Assembly: GCA_963662545.2 (NCBI GenBank)
Contig: CAXXLL010000003.1
Coordinates: 1,824,001-1,888,000 of the forward strand
Direction of reading: 5' to 3'
DNA from: Gammaproteobacteria bacterium
GTDB taxonomy: Bacteria > Pseudomonadota > Gammaproteobacteria > Ga0077536
Length of the DNA stretch: 64,000 nucleotides
Of the stretch, positions 1-9,069 are shown piece by piece. The notes below the pieces were generated by a model. It made no database searches. It saw only the letters and a list, made by a program, of their open reading frames with translations, and was not told the origin of the DNA. Made by a program: the position numbers and the translations under genes. The stretch's first letter is position 1; every line of letters begins with the position of its first letter.

Positions 1-247
1 TGCGGGCGTCCGCTTGGGGGCGAAAACCCCGAAATCCGGGAGTACTCTGGATAAGGGTCGGGCAGAGAACGACGATTTTAAGCCATCCGGAGCAGTCGAA
101 TTTTCAATGAACCCCGAGATCTTGCTCGACAACGGGCAGCCCGTTCCGGTCACGACCTCAAATAACAAGAACGGCTTGAGAGGTGGACCACTTTCTAAGC
201 GAGCACTGGAACAATTTCGGAGCCTTGACAACAACTTGAGATGAAAG

Positions 248-838
248 ATGACGATATCCAGAATTTTACTGTTGCAACTGACACTGGGGTACCTGATGAT
301 GGGGTGCCAGGATGCAACTGCACACGGCGGCGTTAGTATGGAAGACGATCTGTGTGTGATCAAAATCGGGTTTCTGAAAGCACATTTTACCGGCTATCAA
401 CCAAAAACCAACGGGACACAGGAGTTTTGCGAAGACATTCCCGAAGTGGCCAGCAGCATATTCGTGATCGATTACCTGCACGATTTCCTCAAGGAGATGC
501 CAGTCGATTTTCGTATTATCAAGGACGTCAATAATTTCGGTATTTTCGCCAACTGGGATGACATCACCGGGCTCGAGGATATCGAGCAGGATACGGTTTT
601 TTATCTACCGCCGATGAAGCGGCCGGACGGTGTGCTCACGGTCAATTACGATTTTCAGCAGGCCGGGGGCTATATCGGCATTGTGACAGCCGTTCATCAC
701 GAAAAGGAAAAAACTTATCAAGCGGTATTTTATTTTCAGGTGGGCGGGACCAACTATGGGTATGTGCCACTCTTTATCGCACTGGTGGTTCTTGCGCAGG
801 CGCTCTACTGGTTAACTAACAGAGTTCCCGTTAAATAG
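248..838 (+). CDS. pmoD: PmoD/AmoD(AmoE)-family periplasmic copper-binding protein with C-terminal TM anchor
   Basis: Signal peptide ending ATA|HGG. Family motifs: HGGVSMEDDLC, HFTGYQP, EFCEDIP, DYLHDFLKEMPVDFRII. C-terminal hydrophobic helix. Recognised by eye from similarity to PmoD/AmoD sequences. Confidence 0.8.
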   Translation: MTISRILLLQLTLGYLMMGCQDATAHGGVSMEDDLCVIKIGFLKAHFTGYQPKTNGTQEFCEDIPEVASSIFVIDYLHDFLKEMPVDFRIIKDVNNFGIFANWDDITGLEDIEQDTVFYLPPMKRPDGVLTVNYDFQQAGGYIGIVTAVHHEKEKTYQAVFYFQVGGTNYGYVPLFIALVVLAQALYWLTNRVPVK

Positions 839-841
839 GCT

Positions 842-873
842 GCCTGATTATGTGGTGCGCTAATCCGACCTGC
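842..873. repeat. Degenerate GTAG-type REP-like palindrome
   Basis: gcctgattatgtggtgcgctaatccgacctgc; related to the copy at 2671-2700; lies just after the pmoD stop. Confidence 0.5.
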
Positions 874-938
874 GGTACGGGGACAACAAGACTTTCTGTC
901 AACAACATAAAATCCCACGATGCCTGTACGATGTAACC

Positions 939-2609
939 ATGCACACGCGCTGGCTGCTTTTAGTCTCAATCCTCGTTGCAACATTGTGTTTTCCGCCGCA
1001 GTGGTATCCCACGGGCCTGCGCGTGCAGTTGGGTCAGTGGTTCGGCGCAGATGACTATCGTGCACTCCCTGAGGGGAAACCTGTCGCTGATATAACGGGA
1101 GAAAACCCCTGCCCTGAAGACCTGTTGAACTGGCGGGATGCGCAAACCATTGCCGGTGTCGATATTCGCCGTTCTCCCACCTGTATTGCCGACAATCCTC
1201 ATGCAGTAGCAGCTTTCGTGCGTGGCACGAACAACGTCTCTCAGCAGGTTCTTATGGCCAGTGGCCTGACCCCGGATGCGGTGGAAAAAGGACGTGACCT
1301 GGATGGTGACGGGGACCCTGACGAAATCCACATCCGCCTGGAGGTCGCCGAACTCAACGGCGGTTCACCGGAAGGCAATGTACCAACGACCCGCTATGCC
1401 ATCGCGCCCGGTATCAGGCCGGGATTCTGGGTTTTCGTACCCAAGATGTTTGGCATGGCAACCGAGAACTTCGAGTCGCTCAAGGCACGTGCGATGTTGC
1501 GCCTGCCTTCACCGGCGATCCGCGTTGAACAGGGTGACCGCGTAAAAATCACTTTGGAAAACAGTCATTACATGCCGCACACCATTCACTTTCACGGTGT
1601 AGATCATCCATTCGTCGATGCGGATGGCGAAGGCAACGACGGTGTTCCGCTGACCAGCGAGATACCGGTGCTGCCCGGTAGCGCACGTACCTATGACTTG
1701 CAACCGCGCCAAAGCGGCACCATGTTTTATCATTGCCATGTCCAACCCCACGTACACATCATGATGGGACTGCAGGGCCTGTTCGTCGTCGAGGAAAACC
1801 GACCGAACAACTGGCTGCAAACCCTCAACGTTGGCGCCGGTCACGTACGCGTGCCATCGGTCGCGGTGACTGAACGGTTCGACCGTGAATACGACTTGCA
1901 GTATCTCGACGTCGATATCGAATTGAACAATCGGATTCAACGCTTCAATGACCCTCGCCTGATAACCCGCGAGATGCACCGCCGCTACGATATCACCGAC
2001 GCTAAAAGCGATTTCTTTACCCTTAACGGTCGCTCTTTTCCCTATACGTTTCGTGAATCGCTGGTGGTAACAAAACCAGATGAGCGTATTAAATTACGAA
2101 TCGTTAACGGTGGCAGTACCGGCGTTGCGCTGCATACCCACGGCCACAAAGTCACTGCCACCCATTATGACGGTGTGGCCGTCAAACCTGCAGCACAAAT
2201 CATTCGCGACGTGACGTGGATTGCCAGCGCCCAGCGAGTAGACCTGGATCTGGAGACCACCGATGACGGATTGCATTCGTATGGGGGAGGGATCTGGCTG
2301 CTGCATGATCACCAGGAAAGGGGCGTCACCAACGATGGCATGGGGCCGGGCGGTAACATCAGCGCCATTGTTTACGAAGACTATTTGCAGGAAAACGGCT
2401 GGCCCAGAACGCAGGGCGTGGATCTGAACCGGTTTTTCACTGAAGCCTATTATCGGAAAGAAGTCCCGGTGTGGGACAGTCTGGCTAAGGGGACATTTTC
2501 AGACATGGGTACTGATTTATGGATGTTGATACGCTTGTTGGGCTTGGGACTTTCGCTGGGAGTCATGGTGGCGCTGGTGATCAATCCCATCATCAACCGC
2601 AGGTCTTAG
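939..2609 (+). CDS. Two-domain multicopper oxidase with N-terminal extension and C-terminal TM anchor
   Basis: Domain 1: HYMPHTIHFHG and YHCHVQPHVHIMMGL (T1 Cu ligands). Domain 2: LHTHGH and WLLHDH (no T1 Cys). DLDGDGDPD acidic loop. Hydrophobic N- and C-terminal segments. Confidence 0.88.
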   Translation: MHTRWLLLVSILVATLCFPPQWYPTGLRVQLGQWFGADDYRALPEGKPVADITGENPCPEDLLNWRDAQTIAGVDIRRSPTCIADNPHAVAAFVRGTNNVSQQVLMASGLTPDAVEKGRDLDGDGDPDEIHIRLEVAELNGGSPEGNVPTTRYAIAPGIRPGFWVFVPKMFGMATENFESLKARAMLRLPSPAIRVEQGDRVKITLENSHYMPHTIHFHGVDHPFVDADGEGNDGVPLTSEIPVLPGSARTYDLQPRQSGTMFYHCHVQPHVHIMMGLQGLFVVEENRPNNWLQTLNVGAGHVRVPSVAVTERFDREYDLQYLDVDIELNNRIQRFNDPRLITREMHRRYDITDAKSDFFTLNGRSFPYTFRESLVVTKPDERIKLRIVNGGSTGVALHTHGHKVTATHYDGVAVKPAAQIIRDVTWIASAQRVDLDLETTDDGLHSYGGGIWLLHDHQERGVTNDGMGPGGNISAIVYEDYLQENGWPRTQGVDLNRFFTEAYYRKEVPVWDSLAKGTFSDMGTDLWMLIRLLGLGLSLGVMVALVINPIINRRS

Positions 2610-2670
2610 AATGGAAAAGCGCGAATGGTTCGCGGAATAAATTCCGATCCTGCTGTTTATAAGGAGTGCT

Positions 2671-2700
2671 GTCGGATTATGCTGCGCTAATCCGGCCTAG
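2671..2700. repeat. GTAG-type REP-like palindrome
   Basis: GTCGGATTA-TGCTGCGC-TAATCCGGC-CTAG hairpin, intergenic between the MCO and cupredoxin genes. Confidence 0.6.
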
Positions 2701-2719
2701 GTCGAATTGGAATAATCGA

Positions 2720-3385
2720 ATGGTACCCGTAAAAATCCTTTGCGTTTTATGCGTCCTTGCGGCGAATTTCAACCATACCGCACAAGCTGAACCGCAGGAC
2801 CCACACGCCGGGCACCAGCATCACAATATGACCCTCGACAGCAGCGGTTTGGTGATGAACAGCAACGATCACCGTCTGCCGCAGGACTGCGAGAAGCTGG
2901 GCCGCGATCACCACATCAAGGTTTACGCCGGTACGAAATTCGCGGCGGACTACCCCGGCACGGTATTCGGTATGAGCCAGCACGAATACCAGGTCGAGCC
3001 TTGCAGCCGCATCACGGTTACGTTTGTCAACGAGGACGAGGTACGTCACCAGTGGATGATCCACGGATTGCCCAGGTATCTTTATCCCGGCGGCATGTTC
3101 CATCTTGAAGCTGCGGGCGGATATTCCCAAACCGGCACCTTCATCGTGCCGGGCGATGATAAAACCTACCTCGTACACTGCGATATGGCCCAGCATATGG
3201 AAAAGGGCATGAAAGCCCAGCTGAAAGTCGGTAAAGGCAGTGGTGACCTGTGGGCTGTGCCGGGTGTCAGCACAGGCTTCACACAAGATACCTATCTGCC
3301 CGACGAAACCGGGCTCTATCTAATGGTGATCTCCGTTGCGGGAATCGTGATTACCACGCTGGTCATGTCAAGCAGACGATCCTGA
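2720..3385 (+). CDS. Periplasmic type-1 cupredoxin with His-rich N-terminus and C-terminal TM anchor
   Basis: Signal peptide, HAGHQHHNM, RHQWMIHG, YLVHCDMAQHMEKGM (C-x4-H-x4-M T1 loop), C-terminal hydrophobic helix. Start moved to ATG 2720 because 2666-2700 overlaps the REP. Confidence 0.8.
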   Translation: MVPVKILCVLCVLAANFNHTAQAEPQDPHAGHQHHNMTLDSSGLVMNSNDHRLPQDCEKLGRDHHIKVYAGTKFAADYPGTVFGMSQHEYQVEPCSRITVTFVNEDEVRHQWMIHGLPRYLYPGGMFHLEAAGGYSQTGTFIVPGDDKTYLVHCDMAQHMEKGMKAQLKVGKGSGDLWAVPGVSTGFTQDTYLPDETGLYLMVISVAGIVITTLVMSSRRS

Positions 3386-3644
3386 AGATCTCCTCGGCAT
3401 TCGCCAACAGCTTCTTCTTCCACTCCGAGACCTGCTTGGGATCGACATCGAACTGCTCCGCGGGATCAGCCACGGTGCGGTCCCCTCGAACGACCGCCAG
3501 AAAGACCTTCGCCTTGAAGCTCACCGAATGATTGCGTCGTTTCCTCTTTGTTATCCTCTGCTCCTATTACCTTGGCGGATATGTAAAACAGAAGATTTCT
3601 CCTAGCGTCGGCGATCGGCTGTCCACTCGACGGGGTCCACTTCA
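3383..3644 (-). mobile_element. Truncated IS3-family element: left end plus OrfA fragment
   Basis: Minus-strand end TGAAGTGGACCCCGTCGAGTGGACAG starts at 3644. Frame from 3554 reads (I)TKRKRRNHSVSFKAKVFLAVVRGDRTVADPAEQFDVDPKQVSEWKKKLLANAEEIF, an IS3 OrfA HTH. ATA occupies the start position. No orfB. Confidence 0.82.
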
Positions 3645-3775
3645 TCTAATTGAAATCCGGATTAATTCTCTGCGAAAAATCGTGGCCCAAGCCAGAATTT
3701 TTCGATATCATTAACTGTTCGAAGAATCCTAGACCTTAGTCTTACTCTAGAACCTGCGGTCTGAGCGGGCAGAGG

Positions 3776-4906
3776 ATGATCAATATGGCATTGGCTATAG
3801 TTCTGTTTCTACTGACCATCGGTTCTATTCTCTTTCACTTTCTCAGTCCCTGGTATTTCACCCCGCTCGCTTCCAACTGGAGCGCCATCGACGACGCCCT
3901 CGACATCACCTTCTGGGTCACCGGGACGGTGTTTGTTCTCGTCAACCTGTTCCTGGCCTATTGCGTGATAAAATTTCGATACAGAAAGGACCGCCGGGCG
4001 CACTACGAACCCGAGAACAAGAAGCTGGAAATCTGGCTCACGGTAGTGACCTCGATCGGCATTGTTGCCATGTTGACGCCCGGTCTATATGTCTGGGCCA
4101 AGTTCGTTGATACACCGGAAGACGCCGATGTGTTCGAGGTTGTCGGCAAGCAATGGTCGTGGAGCTACCGTTTCCCCGGCGAAGACGGCGCTCTCGGTAC
4201 GGTCGACACCCGTCATATCTCCTCTGCTAACCCGTTCGGTATCAATCCGGACGACCCCAACGGGCAGGACGATATACTCGTCTCCAGCAATGAAGTGCAC
4301 TTGCCGATTGACCGACCGGTCAACGCGCTATTGCGCTCCCAGGATGTGCTGCACGACTTCGCGGTGGCGCAGTTCCGGGTCAAGATGGACTTGGTGCCGG
4401 GCCTGGTTACCGAGATGTGGTTTACGCCCACCAAGTTAGGGAAATACGACGTCTTGTGTGAAGAATTATGCGGCGTGGGCCACTACAAGATGCGTGGCCA
4501 CGTGGTGGTTGACGAAGAAGCCGACTTCAAGGCGTGGCTGAACACGCACCCGACCTATGCACAAACCGTCTCTGGTACCGGCGCTGCGGCTGCAACAGCC
4601 GGGCTCAGCCTGGTCGAACAAGGTCGTATGCTGGCAGACTCACGTGCCTGTCTAGTCTGTCATACCATAGACGGCAGCACCGGTATCGGACCCACGTGGC
4701 AAGGCCTGTTTGGCAAGACCGAAACGTTTACGGACGGCACGACCGTTGTGGTCGATGCAGATTACCTAAGGGAATCCATTCTCAATCCGAACGCCAAGGT
4801 GGTGGAGGGCTTTGCGCCGGCCATGCCACCGGGCAGTTACACGGATGAAGAATTGGAGGCGCTGATTACCTATATCAGAGATGGCCTGAGTGAAGATTCT
4901 GAATGA
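3776..4906 (+). CDS. coxM: Cytochrome c oxidase subunit II (CoxM-type) fused to a C-terminal cytochrome c
   Basis: N-terminus FHFLSPWYFTPLASNW typical of CoxM; CuA ligands VLHDF and CEELCGVGHYKM; heme motif CLVCH with distal AMPP. Confidence 0.9.
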   Translation: MINMALAIVLFLLTIGSILFHFLSPWYFTPLASNWSAIDDALDITFWVTGTVFVLVNLFLAYCVIKFRYRKDRRAHYEPENKKLEIWLTVVTSIGIVAMLTPGLYVWAKFVDTPEDADVFEVVGKQWSWSYRFPGEDGALGTVDTRHISSANPFGINPDDPNGQDDILVSSNEVHLPIDRPVNALLRSQDVLHDFAVAQFRVKMDLVPGLVTEMWFTPTKLGKYDVLCEELCGVGHYKMRGHVVVDEEADFKAWLNTHPTYAQTVSGTGAAAATAGLSLVEQGRMLADSRACLVCHTIDGSTGIGPTWQGLFGKTETFTDGTTVVVDADYLRESILNPNAKVVEGFAPAMPPGSYTDEELEALITYIRDGLSEDSE

Positions 4907-4952
4907 TGAGATCAACGGGCCGATTTGAAATAATCACCAGGAGAATACTCTG

Positions 4953-6707
4953 ATGTCTACTGTTGCACACGACGTGGATGATTTTGTAGCACCTGCCGAA
5001 ATCCCGGAGATGGAGCTCTACCACGCGAAAACCTGGCTAGGCAGGTATGTCTTCAGCCAGGACGCCAAGGTGATTGCCATCCAGTATGCCTGTACCGCGA
5101 TGGCAATTGGCCTTGTGGCGCTGGTGATGTCCATGCTGATGCGGGTACAGCTGGGCTTTCCGGGCACTTTTTCCTTCATCGACGCTTCGGTCTACATCCA
5201 ACTGGTCACCATGCATGGCATGATCATGGTCATCTACCTGCTCACCGCACTGTTTCTGGGTGGCTTCGGCAACTACCTGATCCCACTGATGCTCGGTGCA
5301 CGCGACATGGTATTTCCCTATGTCAATATGCTCAGTTTCTGGATTTACTTTGTCGCCGTTCTGATACTGGTAGCGAGTCTCTTCGTCCCCGGCGGGTCTA
5401 CCGGCGCCGGTTGGACGCTGTATCCGCCGCAGGCCATCCTGCCCGGTACCCCCGGCGCGGGCTGGGGGATCATATTAATGCTCGTCTCGCTGGCCTTCTT
5501 CATCATCGGCTTTACCATGGGCGGCCTGAACTACGTGGTCACGGTGTTGCAGGCGCGCACCCGCGGCATGACGCTGATGCGCATGCCGTTGACGATATGG
5601 GGCATCTTCATGGCCACCGTGCTCGCGCTATTGGCCTTTCCGGCCCTGTTCGTCAGTGCGATCATGATGTTGCTGGACATGACCCTGGGCACCAGCTTTT
5701 TCATGCCCGCCATCGTCTCGATGGGGCAGCAACTGGACCACACCGGCGGCAGTCCGGTCCTTTTCCAGCACCTGTTCTGGTTTTTCGGCCATCCCGAGGT
5801 CTATATCGTCGCCTTGCCGGCCTTCGGCATCGTCTCCGACCTGCTCGCTGTTAACGCCAGGAAAAATATCTTCGGCTACCGCATGATGGTCTGGGCAATC
5901 GTCGGAATCGGCGCGCTCAGTTTTGTCGTCTGGGCGCATCACATGTACGTCAGCGGCATGAACCCGTATTTTGGCTTCTTTTTCGCCGTCACCACACTGA
6001 TCATCGCTGTCCCCACGGCCATCAAGGTCTATAACTGGACACTGACGCTGTGGCGAGGCAACATCCGCCTCAACACGCCGATGTTGTTCGCCATCGGCTT
6101 TATCTTCACCTTCGTCAACGGCGGCCTGACCGGCCTGTTTCTCGGTAACGCGACCCTCGATCTGCCGCTTTCAGACACGATGTTCGTGGTCGCCCACTTC
6201 CACATGGTCATGGCGGTATCGCCCGTGCTGGTGGTGTTTGGCGCGATCTACCATTGGTATCCCAAGGTCACCGGGCGCATGCTGGACGAAACCCTGGGCA
6301 AAGTTCACTTTTGGGTCACCTTGCTTGGCACCTATGCCATCTACTATCCGATGCATTACCTGGGGTTTTTGGGCGTGCCGCGCCGGTATTACTCCATAGA
6401 GGGGACTGATTTCATCCCGCAATCCGCCATGGACCTTAACGCGGCCATCTCCATTGCGGCCTTCGTTGTCGGCGCTGTCCAGCTGGTGTTTATCTATAAC
6501 CTGATCGTCAGTTATTTCCGCGGCAAGGAAGCGGGTGGCAATCCGTGGGAAGCCACGACCTTGGAGTGGCAAACCGCCGACACCCCGCCGAAACACGGCA
6601 ACTTTGGCAAGGAACTGCCCCTGGTCTACCGCTGGGCGTACGATTACAGCGTACCGGGTGCCGAAAAAGACTTCATCCCGCAAAATGTAGCGCCATCCGC
6701 TGTGTAG
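4953..6707 (+). CDS. coxN: Heme-copper oxidase subunit I (CoxN-type, A1 family)
   Basis: TMHGMIM, WFFGHPEVY, WAHHM, VAHFH; N-terminal YVFSQDAKVIAIQY characteristic of CoxN. Confidence 0.93.
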   Translation: MSTVAHDVDDFVAPAEIPEMELYHAKTWLGRYVFSQDAKVIAIQYACTAMAIGLVALVMSMLMRVQLGFPGTFSFIDASVYIQLVTMHGMIMVIYLLTALFLGGFGNYLIPLMLGARDMVFPYVNMLSFWIYFVAVLILVASLFVPGGSTGAGWTLYPPQAILPGTPGAGWGIILMLVSLAFFIIGFTMGGLNYVVTVLQARTRGMTLMRMPLTIWGIFMATVLALLAFPALFVSAIMMLLDMTLGTSFFMPAIVSMGQQLDHTGGSPVLFQHLFWFFGHPEVYIVALPAFGIVSDLLAVNARKNIFGYRMMVWAIVGIGALSFVVWAHHMYVSGMNPYFGFFFAVTTLIIAVPTAIKVYNWTLTLWRGNIRLNTPMLFAIGFIFTFVNGGLTGLFLGNATLDLPLSDTMFVVAHFHMVMAVSPVLVVFGAIYHWYPKVTGRMLDETLGKVHFWVTLLGTYAIYYPMHYLGFLGVPRRYYSIEGTDFIPQSAMDLNAAISIAAFVVGAVQLVFIYNLIVSYFRGKEAGGNPWEATTLEWQTADTPPKHGNFGKELPLVYRWAYDYSVPGAEKDFIPQNVAPSAV

Positions 6708-6754
6708 AAGATCATCAACGCGGGATAATCAATAAGCACGCAGTGAACTGACTC

Positions 6755-7426
6755 GTGACGATTTCTTTACTCTTCATGGCCGCGTTAATGGGCGTGGTCG
6801 CCTGGTGGTTGCTGAAGCAATCGGTCAATACCAAGCCTTGGGAATCGAAAGCTCACTATGCTTCGAGCGAAGAGTTCAGCGGGCGTTCATTTCCCCAGCC
6901 CGATGCCAAGCTCGGCCTGTTAGTTTTTCTTGCCGTCGTCACTTCATTGTTTGCACTGTTTATCAGCGCGTACGCCATGCGCATGAAAATGGGCGACTGG
7001 CGCCCCTTGCACGATCCGGACCTGTTGTGGCTGAACACGGGCGTGTTGATCCTGAGCAGTATCGCCTTGCAGTGGGCGCGAGTTGCCGCCAATCGGGAGC
7101 AGATCGACCGTGTGCGTAACGGTTTGCTTGCCGGCGGTTTTTTCGCATTTGCCTTTATGGGGGGGCAGCTGTTGGCTTGGCGACAACTGGTCGACGCGGG
7201 CTATTATGTGCATTCCAACCCGGCTAACGCCTTCTTTTACCTCATTACGGGGCTGCACGCTCTACACGTGTTGGGTGGCCTGGTGGCCTGGAGCATGACG
7301 ACTATAAAGCTATTGCGCGGTACTGAAGTGGCCCGGCTGCGTTTGAGCATAGAGCTGTGCGCGGTGTACTGGCACTTCCTGCTTGTAGTGTGGGTGATTT
7401 TGTTTGGTTTGATGTTATCAACTTAG
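6755..7426 (+). CDS. coxO: Cytochrome c oxidase subunit III (CoxO-type)
   Basis: FFYLITGLHALHV, YWHFLLVVW; operon position. Confidence 0.85.
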   Translation: MTISLLFMAALMGVVAWWLLKQSVNTKPWESKAHYASSEEFSGRSFPQPDAKLGLLVFLAVVTSLFALFISAYAMRMKMGDWRPLHDPDLLWLNTGVLILSSIALQWARVAANREQIDRVRNGLLAGGFFAFAFMGGQLLAWRQLVDAGYYVHSNPANAFFYLITGLHALHVLGGLVAWSMTTIKLLRGTEVARLRLSIELCAVYWHFLLVVWVILFGLMLST

Positions 7427-7441
7427 AAGAAAGTTAAAACT

Positions 7442-8167
7442 ATGGCGAACGAAGCAGTGGTAGATGAGACGGGGCGCTCGATAGCAATGGTAGAAGGCCT
7501 GCAGGGCGTTGTCGCCGATTGGTCTTCCGATCAGCGCGCCTTCAAGCGGGTGCCCTGGGGCAAGGCGATGATGTGGATCTTCCTGCTCAGTGACACTTTT
7601 ATCTTCGCCTGCTTTCTGACCAGCTACATGGCGGTACGCATGTCCACCACCGTACCCTGGCCCAACCCCAGCGAAGTGTTCGCCTTAACACTCTTTGGCA
7701 AACATATCCCGTTGATCTTGATCGCCATCATGACGTTCATACTGATCAGTAGCAGCGGCACCATGGCCATGGCCGTTAAGTTCGGTTATGAAAAAAACAA
7801 GAAAATGACCACTATCCTGTTGCTCGTGACCGCCCTATTCGGCGCTTCATTCGTCGGTATGCAGGCTTTCGAATGGACCAAGCTGATCGAAGAAGGCGTA
7901 CGTCCTTGGGGTAATCCGATGGGTGCGGCACAGTTTGGCGCCAGCTTTTTCATGATTACCGGCTTTCACGGCACCCACGTGACAATCGGCGTGATTTTTC
8001 TGCTCATCGTGGCTAGAAAGACGTGGAAGGGACAACTCGATGAGATGAAGCCAGGCTTTTTCACCAGCCGCAGGGGCGGCTACGAGGTCGTTGAAATCAT
8101 GGGCCTGTACTGGCATTTCGTCGATCTGGTGTGGGTGTTTATCTTCGCACTTTTTTATCTCTGGTAG
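7442..8167 (+). CDS. coxP: Cytochrome c oxidase subunit III (CoxP-type)
   Basis: WSSDQRAFK, WGKAMMWIFLLSDTFIF, TGFHGTHV, YWHFVDLVW. Confidence 0.88.
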   Translation: MANEAVVDETGRSIAMVEGLQGVVADWSSDQRAFKRVPWGKAMMWIFLLSDTFIFACFLTSYMAVRMSTTVPWPNPSEVFALTLFGKHIPLILIAIMTFILISSSGTMAMAVKFGYEKNKKMTTILLLVTALFGASFVGMQAFEWTKLIEEGVRPWGNPMGAAQFGASFFMITGFHGTHVTIGVIFLLIVARKTWKGQLDEMKPGFFTSRRGGYEVVEIMGLYWHFVDLVWVFIFALFYLW

Positions 8168-8175
8168 GGGCAGGT

Positions 8176-8550
8176 ATGAGTGAAGCACAAGTAGAAGCAC
8201 AAGTAGAAGCGCAACAGCATCCGATTGCTATTTATTTCTGGGTCTGGGGCGCGCTGTTTGTTCTAAGCACGCTGTCTTACATGGTTGACTACATGCAGTT
8301 TCAAGGCCTTCTCCGGTGGTCCCTGATCCTTATTTTCATGTTTTTGAAAGCCGGGTTTATCGTCGCCATCTTCATGCATTTGTACTACGAGCGAATGGCC
8401 TTGGCGTGTGCCCTTCTGATACCGACAGGCGCTTTGCTGGTGCTGATCGGCCTGATGTCGTCCGAAGCAGGCTATATCAACACAACGCGGGACATATATC
8501 TCGACGAAGGGTCCGGCATCCTGGTGATGGAAGAGGGACCAACACATTAG
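8176..8550 (+). CDS. coxQ: Cytochrome c oxidase subunit IV family (CoxQ-type)
   Basis: QQHPIAIYFWVWGALFVLS, FLKAGFIVAIFMHL; ATG at 8176 after the coxP stop; short EAQV tandem repeat at the N-terminus. Confidence 0.8.
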   Translation: MSEAQVEAQVEAQQHPIAIYFWVWGALFVLSTLSYMVDYMQFQGLLRWSLILIFMFLKAGFIVAIFMHLYYERMALACALLIPTGALLVLIGLMSSEAGYINTTRDIYLDEGSGILVMEEGPTH

Positions 8551-9069
8551 ACGGTAGTCAGTAGACCATGGTGGTGTTGAACCTGTTACAGTCTCCTCTC
8601 TACATTTTCACCTGGGAAAGAAAAAGCAAAACGGATTAGCCAGGACAAATTAACTCGACCTACTCCGACTTGTGATGTCATCGATCGGATCGCTCGAGTT
8701 GCACACTGGACGATCCGTCCAAAATGAACCCGGACTCTCAGTGCTGGACGCCCAGGAGCCGGCACTGACTTAACGACGGCGGCGGTCTGAAGGGCTTCGA
8801 AAAAGACCCTGAATTCTAGTCGTTCGTACACCCGCATGCGGGCGAATGCTTCGTTTTACCATACGACTGCTTCGCGGCCGATCGCGGGCCCGCTCTCTCG
8901 TTGAGGCTCGCCAGCAATTCGTACGCGGTCACGGGCTTCGAGATGGAGCCCTGGTTCAGGATCTCGGCGGCGTATTTTGTTATCGCGAAGGGCCGAAATT
9001 CCGTCTCATACACGATTCGTTATATAATTAGAACGATTCAACTGTTCGCTTTCAGCTAGGGGGCGTGGG

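Noticed and set aside
14-244. 76-aa ORF upstream of pmoD as a possible pmoB/amoB C-terminus
   Set aside because: No resemblance to the PmoB C-terminal sequence. The region contains palindromic, repeat-like DNA and is probably non-coding.
8182-8214. GAAGCACAAGTA tandem repeat at the coxQ 5' end
   Set aside because: In-frame 12-bp repeat in a variable N-terminus; no phase-variation potential.
8551-9069. Short ORFs and a possible IS-end-like AACCCGGACTCTCA after coxQ
   Set aside because: No recognisable protein motif or paired terminal repeat; too weak to call.
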